From: Candidatus Poribacteria bacterium
GTDB taxonomy: Bacteria > Poribacteria > WGA-4E > PCPOR2b
DNA: 64,000 nucleotides
Reading direction: 5' to 3'
NCBI GenBank assembly: GCA_965218095.1
Contig: OZ244587.1
Span: 32,001 to 96,000, forward strand
Notes under the pieces: generated by a model
Database searches by the model: none
Told to the model about the DNA's origin: nothing
Seen by the model: the letters and a program-made list of their open reading frames with translations, nothing else
Made by a program: the position numbers and the translations under genes
In this document: positions 28,597 to 39,103 of the stretch, piece after piece
Numbering within the stretch: the first letter of the stretch is position 1
Layout: every line of letters begins with the position of its first letter

Positions 28597-31500
28597 ATGA
28601 ACAATTCTCAATCAAATTCAAGTTTGTTGCAGGGGCTCAAATGGCGCTGCATTGGCCCGCCACGTGGCGGGCGCGTTGTCGCTGTCGCAGGGCATCCCAC
28701 AGAACCAGCGGTTTTCTACTTTGGGGCGTGCGCAGGCGGTGTCTGGAAAACGAACGACGGCGGCACGTACTGGGAGAACATCTCGGACGGATTCTTCAAC
28801 ACCGCCGCCGTAGGCGCCATCGCAGTGGCAGAATCCGATCCAAACGTCATCTACGTCGGCACCGGCGAAACGACCATCCGCCTCGACGTCTCTTATGGCG
28901 ATGGGGTATATAAGTCCACCGACGGCGGAGCAACCTGGACTCACGTCGGATTGGCGGATACCCACCATATTGGAAAAATCCGCATTCACCCGCAAGACCC
29001 CGACCTGGTCTATGTGGCGGCGCTCGGCCATGCTTTCGGGCAAAACGAGGAGCGCGGCGTCTTTCGCTCCAAGGATAGCGGCGCAACCTGGGAAAAAGTG
29101 CTGTTTCGCAGTGAGAAAGCTGGCGCGGTCGATCTGTCAATGGCCCCGAACAATCCCCGTATCCTCTACGCCACGATATGGGAAACCTACCGCAATTTCT
29201 GGGAACTTTCGAGTGGCGGCCCCGATAGCAGCTTCTACAAATCCACCGATGGAGGCAATACCTGGACGGAGCTCACTGACAACTCCGGTTTCCCTGAAGG
29301 CATCAAGGGCAAAATCGGCGTTGCGGTTTCCCCCGCCAAACCCAACCGAGTCTGGACAATCGTCGAAGCAGAGAAGGGTGGGCTGCACCGTTCAGATGAT
29401 GGGGGCAAAACGTGGGAACTGTTGACGGATAACCGCGATTTGTGGAGTCGCCCTTTTTATTACTGCCACATCTTCGCTGACCCACAGGACCCCGACACGG
29501 TATATGTCCTGAACCTCAAGATGTGGAAATCGACCGATGGGGGACATACTTTTACAGAGATTACTACGCCCCATGGAGATAACCACGATCTGTGGATAGA
29601 CCCACGCAACCCTCGGCGCATGATTGAAGGCAACGACGGTGGTGCGTGCGTCTCGTTCAACGGCGGCGAGACCTGGTCTACCATCTATAACCAACTCACG
29701 TCGCAGTTCTACCGCATCGACACCGACAACCGATTTCCCTACCGCGTCTATGCCACGCAGCAGGACAATTCAAGTATCAGCGTGCCGAGCGCCACCGAAT
29801 ATGGCGGTATACACTGGGTTGACTGTTACCCGGTCGGCACCGGTGAGAGCGGTGACATTGTGGTTCACCCCGATGACCCAAATATCACCTACATTGGGGC
29901 GGTGGGGAGTTCACCCGGGGGCAGCGGAGCGCTTCAGCGTTACGATCATCGCACACGCCAGATCCGGTTGGTCAATGTCTGGCCCGAAGAGTATGCCGGC
30001 TTGGGGCCAAAAGATCTCAAGTATCGCTTCTCCTGGACGTTTCCCATTGCGTTCTCACCCCATGATCCGGATGTTCTCTATACAGCAGGCAATCTGATCT
30101 TCCGCTCGACAGACGAAGGGAGCAGTTGGGAGGCGATTAGCCCGGATCTGACTCGCAACGACACAACCAAGCTGGGCCCGTCAGGCGGCCCCATCACCAA
30201 AGACACCAGCGGCGCTGAACACTACGCCACAGTGTACGCTTTTGTCGAATCCCCGCACGAGGCCGGCGTCTTTTGGGCCGGCAGCGACGACGGCCTGATT
30301 CACATTTCCAGGGATGGCGGACAGAATTGGAGTAATATAACCCCACCAGATTTGTCCGAATGGTCGTTGATTAGCAATATCGAAGCCTCACCACACGACC
30401 CGTCGACGGTTTACGTGGCTGTCACTCGGTACAAGCTGGACGATTATCAGCCCTATCTGTACAAGACAAGCGATTACGGACAGACCTGGAGTACAATCAG
30501 CGGCAGTTTTCCCGACGGCGAAATCACTCGTGTCATTCGTGAAGACCCGGTTTGTCCCGGTTTGATCTATGTTGGTACGGAAACGGGGGTCTACATTTCA
30601 CTCGACGATGGGGTGAGTTGGCGGCGGCTACAGAATAGCCTGCCGGTCGTTCCGGTTTACGACCTGAAGATCAAGGACGGCGATCTCGTCGCGGGGACTC
30701 ACGGCAGATCTTTCTGGATTTTGGATGACTTGACACCGCTGCGACAGCTTACAGAAGAAACGGCGCAGGTGCCTGCCCACCTATTTGAGCCACGCCTGAC
30801 CTACCGCCGCTGGTTGCAGTGGGCCGTTGGCATGTTCCGCAGCGAGACAGGTAAAAACTACATGATGGCGCTGGGAGCACCCGCGACCTTCTATGTGGAC
30901 AAATCGCCCGAAGGCGAGCGGATGCGCAGATACCTCGATGCTGGAGAAGGTCCGCCACAGGGTGTTATTGTCTACTATCTACTGAAGGATACACTCACCG
31001 ATCCAGTGACGCTCACGTTTCTCGACGCTGGAGGAGAAAAAATCAAAACCTTCACGACTAAAACTGAAGATTCCGACGAAGCCAAAGATGATGAAACAAG
31101 CTCAGAAGCCAAGGAAGACCGCTACATTCCAGTGGAGCCGGGACTGAACCGTTTTGTGTGGGATATGCGCTATCCGGATGCACAAGAGGTGACGATCGAT
31201 TCGATCACTGAGAAGCCCACAACGCATCCCTCAACCCCGCCAGATCGGCCTGAGAATGGCCCTCTTGCCGCGCCGGACGCCTATCAAGTGCAACTCAAAG
31301 TCGGCGATCAAACCCATACGCAATCCTTCGCGCTCCGCAAAGACCCACGGCTGACTGCGAGCCAAACGGACCTGGATGCCCAGTTCGAGTTGTGGCGCCA
31401 GATTCGTGATAAGCTGTCGGAAACCAACGAAGCCATCAACAACCTCCGCCGCATTCAACGACAGGTAAAAGAGTGGACGCTTCGTGTAAGCAAGATGGAG

Positions 31501-31827
31501 AACGCCGGCAACACGGCTGTCTCCGAAGCCGCTGAAGCGTTGCAGGAAAAACTGAAAGCCATCGAAGGGGAGTTGATACAGACCGGAGCGGATTCCATCG
31601 GCGATCGACTTCGCATGCCCAAGAAGTTAAGCGGCAAGCTCGCTGGGTTGATTAGCGTCGTGTCAGTTGCTGACTTCGCTCCGCCGAAACAGGCGTATGA
31701 TCTCTTTGAACATCTGTCAAACCAGATCGATGCTCAGCTAGATCAACTCAAGTCGGTGATTGAGGAAGATGTCGCTGCCTTTAACGACCTCATCCGCGAA
31801 GCCGATGTGCCGGCAGTTGTCGTGTGA
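28597..31827 (+). CDS. BNR/Asp-box beta-propeller protein (VPS10/GH74-like glycosyl hydrolase)
   Basis: WRCIGPPRGGR start and many S/T-x-DGG-x-TW repeats; 1076 aa. Confidence 0.88.
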   Translation: MNNSQSNSSLLQGLKWRCIGPPRGGRVVAVAGHPTEPAVFYFGACAGGVWKTNDGGTYWENISDGFFNTAAVGAIAVAESDPNVIYVGTGETTIRLDVSYGDGVYKSTDGGATWTHVGLADTHHIGKIRIHPQDPDLVYVAALGHAFGQNEERGVFRSKDSGATWEKVLFRSEKAGAVDLSMAPNNPRILYATIWETYRNFWELSSGGPDSSFYKSTDGGNTWTELTDNSGFPEGIKGKIGVAVSPAKPNRVWTIVEAEKGGLHRSDDGGKTWELLTDNRDLWSRPFYYCHIFADPQDPDTVYVLNLKMWKSTDGGHTFTEITTPHGDNHDLWIDPRNPRRMIEGNDGGACVSFNGGETWSTIYNQLTSQFYRIDTDNRFPYRVYATQQDNSSISVPSATEYGGIHWVDCYPVGTGESGDIVVHPDDPNITYIGAVGSSPGGSGALQRYDHRTRQIRLVNVWPEEYAGLGPKDLKYRFSWTFPIAFSPHDPDVLYTAGNLIFRSTDEGSSWEAISPDLTRNDTTKLGPSGGPITKDTSGAEHYATVYAFVESPHEAGVFWAGSDDGLIHISRDGGQNWSNITPPDLSEWSLISNIEASPHDPSTVYVAVTRYKLDDYQPYLYKTSDYGQTWSTISGSFPDGEITRVIREDPVCPGLIYVGTETGVYISLDDGVSWRRLQNSLPVVPVYDLKIKDGDLVAGTHGRSFWILDDLTPLRQLTEETAQVPAHLFEPRLTYRRWLQWAVGMFRSETGKNYMMALGAPATFYVDKSPEGERMRRYLDAGEGPPQGVIVYYLLKDTLTDPVTLTFLDAGGEKIKTFTTKTEDSDEAKDDETSSEAKEDRYIPVEPGLNRFVWDMRYPDAQEVTIDSITEKPTTHPSTPPDRPENGPLAAPDAYQVQLKVGDQTHTQSFALRKDPRLTASQTDLDAQFELWRQIRDKLSETNEAINNLRRIQRQVKEWTLRVSKMENAGNTAVSEAAEALQEKLKAIEGELIQTGADSIGDRLRMPKKLSGKLAGLISVVSVADFAPPKQAYDLFEHLSNQIDAQLDQLKSVIEEDVAAFNDLIREADVPAVVV

Positions 31828-31902
31828 ATCTGCAGAACGTGATGAGCATTGAGGATTCATAGACTCTATAACTCGTCACTCGTCACCCCTCACTTCAGTA
31901 AT

Positions 31903-33090
31903 ATGAAACGATCTCTCAATTTTATCGGCATAACGCTCGCTGATTTCATCGTCCGCTCCGCTTACCAGATGGGCAAGACACCACTCCTGCCGATTTTTGC
32001 TGCAGCGCTGGGGGCGACCGATGCGTTTCTCGGCTTTATTGTCTCTGTCTCAACCCTAACCGGCATGGTGCTGAAGCCGATGATCGGGATTCTTTCTGAC
32101 CGCTGGGGGCGACGCTGGTGGCTGATTGTCGGAACCGGATTTTTTGCCGGGATGCCCTTTCTATATTGCTTCGTCCACAGCCCGGAACAACTCTTTGGCA
32201 TACGCATCGTCCATGGCGTTGCCACAGCCATCTATGGTCCCGTGACCCTAGCCTTCGTGGCAGAGCAGGCGCAACATCGGCGAGCGGAGAAGTTGGGATG
32301 GTTTGGCATGGCTCGCAACGTCAGTTACATTGCCGGACCGGCTCTCGCCGGCTGGCTCTTGTTGACGATTGCCCCCGTCAGTGTTTTTACCATTATCGGG
32401 CTGTTGAGTTGTCTCGCTTTTGTCCCGATTTTATTACTCTCGGAACCTGCGTCACGTATCAAGATTGTCCGCCCTCCCATCCGCCAGCAGCTTGTTCATG
32501 CGCTGAAATCCGCCGCGCGCACGCCATCCGTTTGGCTGTCGGGCGGACTGGAATCAACCGTGTTTATCGCTCTCTACGCCGCCAAAGCATTTCTGCCCAT
32601 TTATGCCCTCTCGTTGGGTGTCAGCGTCGCCCTGGTAGGCGCCTTTTTTTCCCTCCAGGAGGGAGCACATACGGCATTAAAACCAGTCGGGGGCAGGATC
32701 GGCGATCGCCTGGGGTATTTTGGGGCAATTTGTCTGGGTATGGTCCTCATGGGGGTTGCGCTGTCCTTGCTTACATTGACGCATCGTGCTTTCGGGCTTA
32801 TGGCGCTGGCGATATTGATTGGCACAGCGCAAGCCCTTGTCTTTCCATCCACAGTGGCGCTCGTATCGACACAGATCGACGAACAGCACATCGGCGCCGG
32901 GATGGGCCTGATTGGCATGCTTAAAAATGCCGGCAAGGTCGCCGGTCCGATTTTGGGTGGATGCTTGATTCACTGGCTTGATTTTTCACTGATGTTTCGG
33001 TTTATGGGTCTGCTGTTGTTATCAGGGGCAGGAATGGTGTGGTACTGGGCGCAACGTGTGCAAAATCGCGTCAGGGATGTATCTACCTGA
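31903..33090 (+). CDS. MFS transporter
   Basis: GILSDRWGRR and GRIGDRLG motifs; about 12 hydrophobic segments. Confidence 0.92.
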   Translation: MKRSLNFIGITLADFIVRSAYQMGKTPLLPIFAAALGATDAFLGFIVSVSTLTGMVLKPMIGILSDRWGRRWWLIVGTGFFAGMPFLYCFVHSPEQLFGIRIVHGVATAIYGPVTLAFVAEQAQHRRAEKLGWFGMARNVSYIAGPALAGWLLLTIAPVSVFTIIGLLSCLAFVPILLLSEPASRIKIVRPPIRQQLVHALKSAARTPSVWLSGGLESTVFIALYAAKAFLPIYALSLGVSVALVGAFFSLQEGAHTALKPVGGRIGDRLGYFGAICLGMVLMGVALSLLTLTHRAFGLMALAILIGTAQALVFPSTVALVSTQIDEQHIGAGMGLIGMLKNAGKVAGPILGGCLIHWLDFSLMFRFMGLLLLSGAGMVWYWAQRVQNRVRDVST

Positions 33091-33326
33091 CCCAGTGTTA
33101 GGCCTCTGTGGCAACTAAATAAGTTGGTCATTTAACCCTCGCAACAAAAGCGCAGAAGGTCGACGATGTCTAATACTTTCCCCTATTCACTTCCAGATGA
33201 GGTGCATAATTCCTTCCCTACCCCTATCAGGCTAGGGAAGGTGGTGTTGGGAAGATGTTCTATATCCAAAAACGCCTGAATGGCTAAGGGGCGTCTTAAC
33301 CGGATTGAGGAAGCTCTCAAAATCAC

Positions 33327-33356
33327 TTGACAACGGAACAAGCCAATAAGTATAAT
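33327..33356 (+). promoter_or_regulatory. Consensus sigma70 promoter for tRNA-Gly
   Basis: TTGACA-18-TATAAT. Confidence 0.85.
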
Positions 33357-33371
33357 TTAGCAACTTCTTGA

Positions 33372-33443
33372 GCGGGTGTAGCTCAGCGGTAGAGCGTCAG
33401 CTTCCCAAGCTGAGGGTCGCGGGTTCAAGTCCCGTCACCCGCT
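33372..33443 (+). tRNA. tRNA-Gly (CCC)
   Basis: Cloverleaf GCGGGTG...TCAGC-TTCCCAA-GCTGA...GGTTCAAGTCC...CACCCGC-T; CCA not encoded. Confidence 0.96.
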
Positions 33444-33508
33444 TTATCTGTTCTGGACGTGTGAACGCCGCGGTCCCATTGGGGCTTTGTTTTTATGAGG
33501 AGAGCGAA

Positions 33509-33733
33509 ATGCCAATTTACGAATTTCGTTGCAAGCAGTGTGATAGCACGTTTGAGAAACTTTTCACTTCAAGTCAACAAAAACCACCTCCCTCCTGTCC
33601 TGAATGCAAAAGCAGTGACATTACACAGTTGTTCTCTGTCTTTGGTGTTGGGTTAGATACCGCAGGTACACCAACAACTGAAATGCCGATGTGTGGGACT
33701 TGTGGGCATCACACACCAAAACCGTGCGCCTGA
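33509..33733 (+). CDS. FmdB-family zinc-ribbon protein
   Basis: MPIYEFRCKQC...CPEC; RBS GAGGAG. Confidence 0.88.
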   Translation: MPIYEFRCKQCDSTFEKLFTSSQQKPPPSCPECKSSDITQLFSVFGVGLDTAGTPTTEMPMCGTCGHHTPKPCA

Positions 33734-33749
33734 GTGAAGGAATCTCAAA

Positions 33750-34250
33750 GTGATCTATAAACACCGTTTTCATTTATTAGTTTTCGCTATCTTTGTATCT
33801 GGCTGTTCATCTGTTGTTAGTGTCATGGAACATCAAAAAGCAAGCTTTAATATAAATGATACTGTTACTGTAATATGCAAAACCGGAGACCCTCTAGTTT
33901 TATCGGGCGAATTAGAGCATCTCCTTGTATCTAGAGGGTACGATGTCGTCTCACAGGAAGTTGCTGTACGGAAAGCGAAATCTAACATAGATATGAACTA
34001 TAACAACAGCAGAGCACAAGGGGGAATTGAATCATACAATACCACGGAGTTAGGGTCGATTTATGCGCTGACATTTAGTTATTCTTATGTTTGGGACGGT
34101 ATATTCGGTGATGTAATTACAAAACTGTATGGTTCACTTATAGACCTAAGAACCGGGAAAGTTGTTAAGTCATTGAAAATCAATAGGAGTCGTTGGTCGT
34201 TAAAAGGCAATTCTGCATTTTTAGAAAAACTGGTTGATCAAATGCAATAA
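33750..34250 (+). CDS. Putative lipoprotein, AT-rich
   Basis: Signal peptide with lipobox VSGC. Confidence 0.75.
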   Translation: MIYKHRFHLLVFAIFVSGCSSVVSVMEHQKASFNINDTVTVICKTGDPLVLSGELEHLLVSRGYDVVSQEVAVRKAKSNIDMNYNNSRAQGGIESYNTTELGSIYALTFSYSYVWDGIFGDVITKLYGSLIDLRTGKVVKSLKINRSRWSLKGNSAFLEKLVDQMQ

Positions 34251-34289
34251 AAATAGCAAATCGTTATCGCCTGATGGGGAAGATAATTT

Positions 34290-35180
34290 ATGCGTTCAAT
34301 AACGATGTCTTCAATCACAAATGTAATTGATAGCCATAAACGTTTTTTGAAGGCTAAATATCCGAAACATTTTCAACGCTATTGCCACCGTTTGAACAAT
34401 GAACCGGAAAGCGCAAGGGCCGAAGCAATTGCAAGCTTTTTTTTAAGAGTTAGGTGTGATGATGTACAGGTGGAGGAAGATCTGAAAAAAGGTGGTGTAG
34501 ACTTCCGGTGTAGATCGAAAGATGGTACCGAATTTGTATCCGAAGTTACTTGTCTGGAGACAGAGCACGCAGCTAAGCGATCGAGATTGAAAAATGAATT
34601 CCCCGAAGATGGTTTTGGCGGAGCTTTTAACATGATAACTGATAGGTTATTTTGGAAAGTGCTCAACAAAGAAGATCAAATGTCTGGATATTGTTGTCCT
34701 CAGATTCTTATAATTACATGTAAACATACCGGATCTAGTATTCTTTTAGGCGATGCCGTAGCGGAATTCTTACTGACAGGCGATCAACAAATTGTAGAGC
34801 AGGTTGATAAACCAGGAAATCCTAGTAAACTAGGAAATGTCAATTCAGTAACCAATTTGAAAAACGCTGTCTTTTTCCGGCTGAAAAATGGGAAATTGGA
34901 ATCATGTAGACGTAGCATTTCAGCAATCCTATTGTTTAGTGTTTCCCCTGATAAGACATTTTCAGAGGTTGTTGGTCTCTTACACCCAGACCCTGAATAT
35001 AAATTCCCAATTTGCGCTTTCCCTTCAGTTCCGTTTCTAAAGCTGAAACAGTGGCCCCTAAAAAACAACAGAATCGAGCCGGAGTGGGTAATCCACGAAA
35101 AACCAAAGCCTGATAAATTTTATCACCATGGTTTCGATTATCCTTCGGGTTCTAGGAAAAGGAATTCACTTTTTAAGTAG
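34290..35180 (+). CDS. Hypothetical AT-rich protein with a possible PD-(D/E)xK-like core
   Basis: AEAIA...GGVDFRC...FVSEVT pattern; long ORF. Confidence 0.6.
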   Translation: MRSITMSSITNVIDSHKRFLKAKYPKHFQRYCHRLNNEPESARAEAIASFFLRVRCDDVQVEEDLKKGGVDFRCRSKDGTEFVSEVTCLETEHAAKRSRLKNEFPEDGFGGAFNMITDRLFWKVLNKEDQMSGYCCPQILIITCKHTGSSILLGDAVAEFLLTGDQQIVEQVDKPGNPSKLGNVNSVTNLKNAVFFRLKNGKLESCRRSISAILLFSVSPDKTFSEVVGLLHPDPEYKFPICAFPSVPFLKLKQWPLKNNRIEPEWVIHEKPKPDKFYHHGFDYPSGSRKRNSLFK

Positions 35181-35198
35181 AGATTCAAGAGGAAACAG

Positions 35199-36317
35199 AT
35201 GGCTCAAAGTAAACGTCTGACGAAGGAAGAAGTAAAGAGTGATCAGTTCGTTGAAGCAATACTCAATGGATATGACTTTCTCAAGGCAAACTTAAAGCGG
35301 ATTATTATTGGCGTAGCGATTATCATTTTGGTCGTCGGTGGTTTTGCCGTTTATCAACAGCAGCAACAAAGGGACCGCGCCGAAGCTTTTTTGAAATACA
35401 CGCAAGCCATTGAGAAATACCAGGAAGCGGAAAGCAATTGGTTAGATGCGGACCAAACAGAAACAAGCGGTGAGCAGTTTCAAGCTGCTGCAACCCAGTT
35501 TCAAGCTATTTTTCAGAGATTCCCTGGGACTCCGATTGTGGATAAAGCGCGATACAATTATGCGAAAACGCTGTATTACCAGGGAAATTATGACAGCGCT
35601 ATTGCAGCGTTTCAAGCGGTCATTGAAAAGCATCAGCCGGAAAACCAGATTCTTGCTTTGTACGCTCAAAAGGCGATCGGCGCCTGTTATGAGCAGAAAA
35701 GCGAGTACCAAAAGGCGATTGAAGCATACACACCCGCAGAAGGTAAGCTGCCTCAGATTGCTATGCGCGATCACGCACTTGCGGATTATCGATTGAGTCA
35801 AGCGCGCTGCTACGAGAAACTCGGTGATTTTGATAATGCGCTGGCGATCTATAAAGATTTGGTAGATCTTTTTCAAGAGAATCTGGAGAAAGCAATTCAG
35901 CAAAAAAGTCTTAAGTTGATTCCTGGAGCAAAATTGCTGATTACGGTTCTTCCACAGCCCCCGAGCGTAATAGCCGCTGAAAGACTGGAAGATGAAGGCG
36001 CCTATTACGACGCCTTCGTCGCATACACTGAAGCGATTCACGACTACAAAGTTGATAAAGATATTCACGGCGGGCTAACTGAAGAACTACGCGCACGTAT
36101 TAATCGCTTTGAAAAGGCGGCAAACGACTTTCTCAAGAACCTTCGAGATGGTCGTCGTGCTGAGTTAGAAGGACGGAACGCGTTGTACTATTATGTTCAA
36201 GCCGTTGGTCTTGGAAGTCGTAATTTCTATGAAAAAGTCTTTGGTTTCGCGCCAAGTCGTCAGCTTTATGAAAAAGCACTTCTCGGCCGTGACAAAATCC
36301 AACGGGAGCCAAAATGA
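35199..36317 (+). CDS. Membrane-anchored TPR protein (YfgM-like N-terminus)
   Basis: KRLTKEEVKSDQFV, one transmembrane helix, then TPR repeats. Confidence 0.85.
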   Translation: MAQSKRLTKEEVKSDQFVEAILNGYDFLKANLKRIIIGVAIIILVVGGFAVYQQQQQRDRAEAFLKYTQAIEKYQEAESNWLDADQTETSGEQFQAAATQFQAIFQRFPGTPIVDKARYNYAKTLYYQGNYDSAIAAFQAVIEKHQPENQILALYAQKAIGACYEQKSEYQKAIEAYTPAEGKLPQIAMRDHALADYRLSQARCYEKLGDFDNALAIYKDLVDLFQENLEKAIQQKSLKLIPGAKLLITVLPQPPSVIAAERLEDEGAYYDAFVAYTEAIHDYKVDKDIHGGLTEELRARINRFEKAANDFLKNLRDGRRAELEGRNALYYYVQAVGLGSRNFYEKVFGFAPSRQLYEKALLGRDKIQREPK

Positions 36318-36396
36318 AATTGTTGGTGAAAAGTGATTCACGGATCCGTTAATCTGCCCATCACTTTCAAATCTGGTCAATTGGGTCAATTTTACA

Positions 36397-38811
36397 ATGT
36401 TCCCGCACACTAAAAAAGTCTTAGAATATGATAAGCTGAAATCATTGCTAAAGAGATATGCGCATTCCCAATTGGGGATGTCCAGGGTGGAAAAGCTGGC
36501 ACCATCTCGACAGATTGACACGATTCGCCATCAGCAAACATTATGCAGTGAATCGAAAGCTCTCTACCAAACGTCGAAAGGATTTCCGCTAAGGGGTTTG
36601 AAGGATATTTCGTCCACGCTTAAAAAGGTTGGCAAACCCGGCGCGATTCTAGAAATCGATCAACTGCTTGGCGTTGGCCGAGCAGCACAAGTCGCTCAAA
36701 ATGTCCATCGGGTAGTCGCAAAGCTAAACCCAAAGGATTTCCCAAATCTCTGCGTAATTGTCGCTAACCTTCCAACCTTTCCCGAACTTACCGAATCCAT
36801 TGACAGATGTATCAGCCCAGATGGCGAAATCGTCGATAATGCAAGCCCGACCTTGCGGTCCATTCGCAGGAAGTTGGCACACATACGGGCGAACATTCAA
36901 TCGAAGTTAGAAGCAATCCTACATTCACCCAACCATCAAAACACCATCCAAGAGAATGTCATCACCTCCCGCAACGAACGCTACGTTATTCCCATCAAAC
37001 AAGATGCCAGACACAATTTTCCTGGAGTTGTGCAAGGACAGTCCTCAAGCGGGGCGACTGCCTTTATTGAGCCTTTTGGCGTTGTTGAACTCAACAACGA
37101 ACTCCATCAACTGGCGGAGGAGGAACGCCAGGAGATTCGCCGTATTCTACTTGCTCTCAGCGATATGGTTCGTGAGCATTTAACAGGTCTGGAAACTGCG
37201 TTAGATGCATTGGGCGAACTGGATTTTTTTGGGGCAAAGGCGCGATTGAGTATAGATTTGAACGGCGTCGAACCGCTGCTTAACACACGCGGGTTCATCA
37301 AGTTGATAGCGGCAAGGCATCCTTTACTTGAGATGAACATCCGGGAGCGGGCATGGCAAAAGAAGGAATCTCTTGACCCAGACGTGCCAGAGCGCGTTGT
37401 GCCGACCGACGTTAATCTAGGCGACGCATTTCACACAATGGTTATTACCGGACCAAACACAGGTGGGAAAACCGTCGTTCTCAAAACCGTTGGGTTACTC
37501 ACGCTCATGGCTCAGTCAGGGCTGCACATTCCAGCGAAAAGCGGCAGCGACGTTGCCGTTTTCGACCAGATTTTCGCGGACATTGGCGACGAACAGAGCA
37601 TAGCACGGAACCTGAGCACCTTTTCGTCCCATATGACCAAGATTATCGAGATCTTAAGGGGTGCGGATGAAAAATCGTTGGTTCTGTTAGATGAGATTGG
37701 TGCAGGAACAGACCCGACTGAAGGTGCAGCGCTCGGCATGGCAATTCTAGACTGGTTAGGAGGACGTAAGACACGCACGATTGTGACAACGCACTACGGG
37801 GCGCTGAAAGCGTATGCCCATGCACAGGAAGGCATGGAAAACGCCTCGATGGAATTTGATTGGCAGACTTTGCAACCCACCTATCGTCTTCAAATTGGCG
37901 TGCCCGGCAGCAGTAATGCCCTTAAAATTGCACAAACGTTAGGGATGCCTGATGCAATTGCCGATTCAGCCAAAGCATACATGGGGAATCAGACAGTCGC
38001 CGTAGAGGATTTGATTGTGAGTATGCAGGAGTCTCAATACGAACTCGAAACAGAACGTGAAATTGTGCAAGAGAAGATTCGGGCGACTGAGATGGTATCC
38101 AGAAAACACGAGGAGTTAATTCGCCAAATTGAAGCGGAACGGCAATTGCTCCGGCAACAGGCTGAGAAGGAAGCGGCTGAAATCCTCAAAGATGCTCGTA
38201 AACTGATTGAACGGACGATAGCAGAAGTACGACAGGAAAATGCCTCGAAGGGTAGCGTGAAATCTGCTTTTACCCGTGTTGAACGCGCGCAGAAGGAATT
38301 AAAGCCGGCGCATCAAAGGGAATCATCAGGGAAAGAATCAGCAACGCTTCCGCGTGTGGAGGTGGGCGATAAAGTCCTCGTGAAAAGCCTGAATCAATTT
38401 GGAGAAGTCCTCTCGATCGCCACTGGGAAAACTCCTTTGATCGTCAAGGTCGGCGCCATGCAGATGCGGGTAGCATACAATGAAATTGAGCGTGCTCACC
38501 CGCAAGACAACAGACGCGATCTCTCTCCTTCAATTTTAGATGTCCAATATAGCAAGGCGGGTAACGTCAAGACTGAGTTGAATCTGCAAGGAAAAACCGT
38601 CCATGAGGCTTTAGCGGAGACAGATAAATATCTTGATGATGCCTTTCTCGCGGGTTTACCACAGGTGCGAATTATACATGGTAAGGGCACCGGGGCGTTG
38701 CATGCTGCAATCCATGACTTCTTAAATGAGCAACCGCTAGTGGCAAATTTTCAATTGGCGCCACTTAACGAAGGCGGGGCGGGTGCAACGATTGTTACGT
38801 TCAAAGAGTAA
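36397..38811 (+). CDS. mutS2: Endonuclease MutS2
   Basis: ITGPNTGGKT, DIGDEQSI, LSTFSSH, DEIGAGTDP and C-terminal Smr domain (IIHGKGTG). Confidence 0.97.
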   Translation: MFPHTKKVLEYDKLKSLLKRYAHSQLGMSRVEKLAPSRQIDTIRHQQTLCSESKALYQTSKGFPLRGLKDISSTLKKVGKPGAILEIDQLLGVGRAAQVAQNVHRVVAKLNPKDFPNLCVIVANLPTFPELTESIDRCISPDGEIVDNASPTLRSIRRKLAHIRANIQSKLEAILHSPNHQNTIQENVITSRNERYVIPIKQDARHNFPGVVQGQSSSGATAFIEPFGVVELNNELHQLAEEERQEIRRILLALSDMVREHLTGLETALDALGELDFFGAKARLSIDLNGVEPLLNTRGFIKLIAARHPLLEMNIRERAWQKKESLDPDVPERVVPTDVNLGDAFHTMVITGPNTGGKTVVLKTVGLLTLMAQSGLHIPAKSGSDVAVFDQIFADIGDEQSIARNLSTFSSHMTKIIEILRGADEKSLVLLDEIGAGTDPTEGAALGMAILDWLGGRKTRTIVTTHYGALKAYAHAQEGMENASMEFDWQTLQPTYRLQIGVPGSSNALKIAQTLGMPDAIADSAKAYMGNQTVAVEDLIVSMQESQYELETEREIVQEKIRATEMVSRKHEELIRQIEAERQLLRQQAEKEAAEILKDARKLIERTIAEVRQENASKGSVKSAFTRVERAQKELKPAHQRESSGKESATLPRVEVGDKVLVKSLNQFGEVLSIATGKTPLIVKVGAMQMRVAYNEIERAHPQDNRRDLSPSILDVQYSKAGNVKTELNLQGKTVHEALAETDKYLDDAFLAGLPQVRIIHGKGTGALHAAIHDFLNEQPLVANFQLAPLNEGGAGATIVTFKE

Positions 38812-38822
38812 ATAATAGACAG

Positions 38823-39035
38823 AGGTGGCACTATAGCGATTACGATTACCTTACCCACTACAAGACGGTTAAAGAAAAGGCCACTGAAAGAGGCTACCGA
38901 CGAGGGATCCAACAAGGTGTTGTCATGGTACAGGCTGCGAGAACAATGCTCGAAAATAAGACCCCAATTGACATCACTGCCAAATACACCGGCTCGTCTA
39001 CGGCTGGAATTAGACAGTTAGCGGAAAAGGCTTGA
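38823..39035 (+). pseudogene. Rpn-family C-terminal remnant or small ORF (possible ATG at 38925)
   Basis: Translates ...ERGYRRGIQQGVVMVQAARTMLENKTPIDITAKYTGSSTAGIRQL; not in the ORF track. Confidence 0.6.
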
Positions 39036-39103
39036 TCGACGTACGAGTTTAAGCGAATCTTGTTACGCATTACGCATCACGTTTCAGACAAAGGTGAATC
39101 ACC

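Noticed and set aside
33368-33508. N-terminal extensions of ORFs through tRNA genes (also 43086-43328)
   Set aside because: They overlap clear tRNA cloverleaves; the real zinc-ribbon start is at 33509.
33372-35200. Integrative element or prophage at tRNA-Gly
   Set aside because: No integrase, phage genes or duplicated tRNA 3' end were seen.
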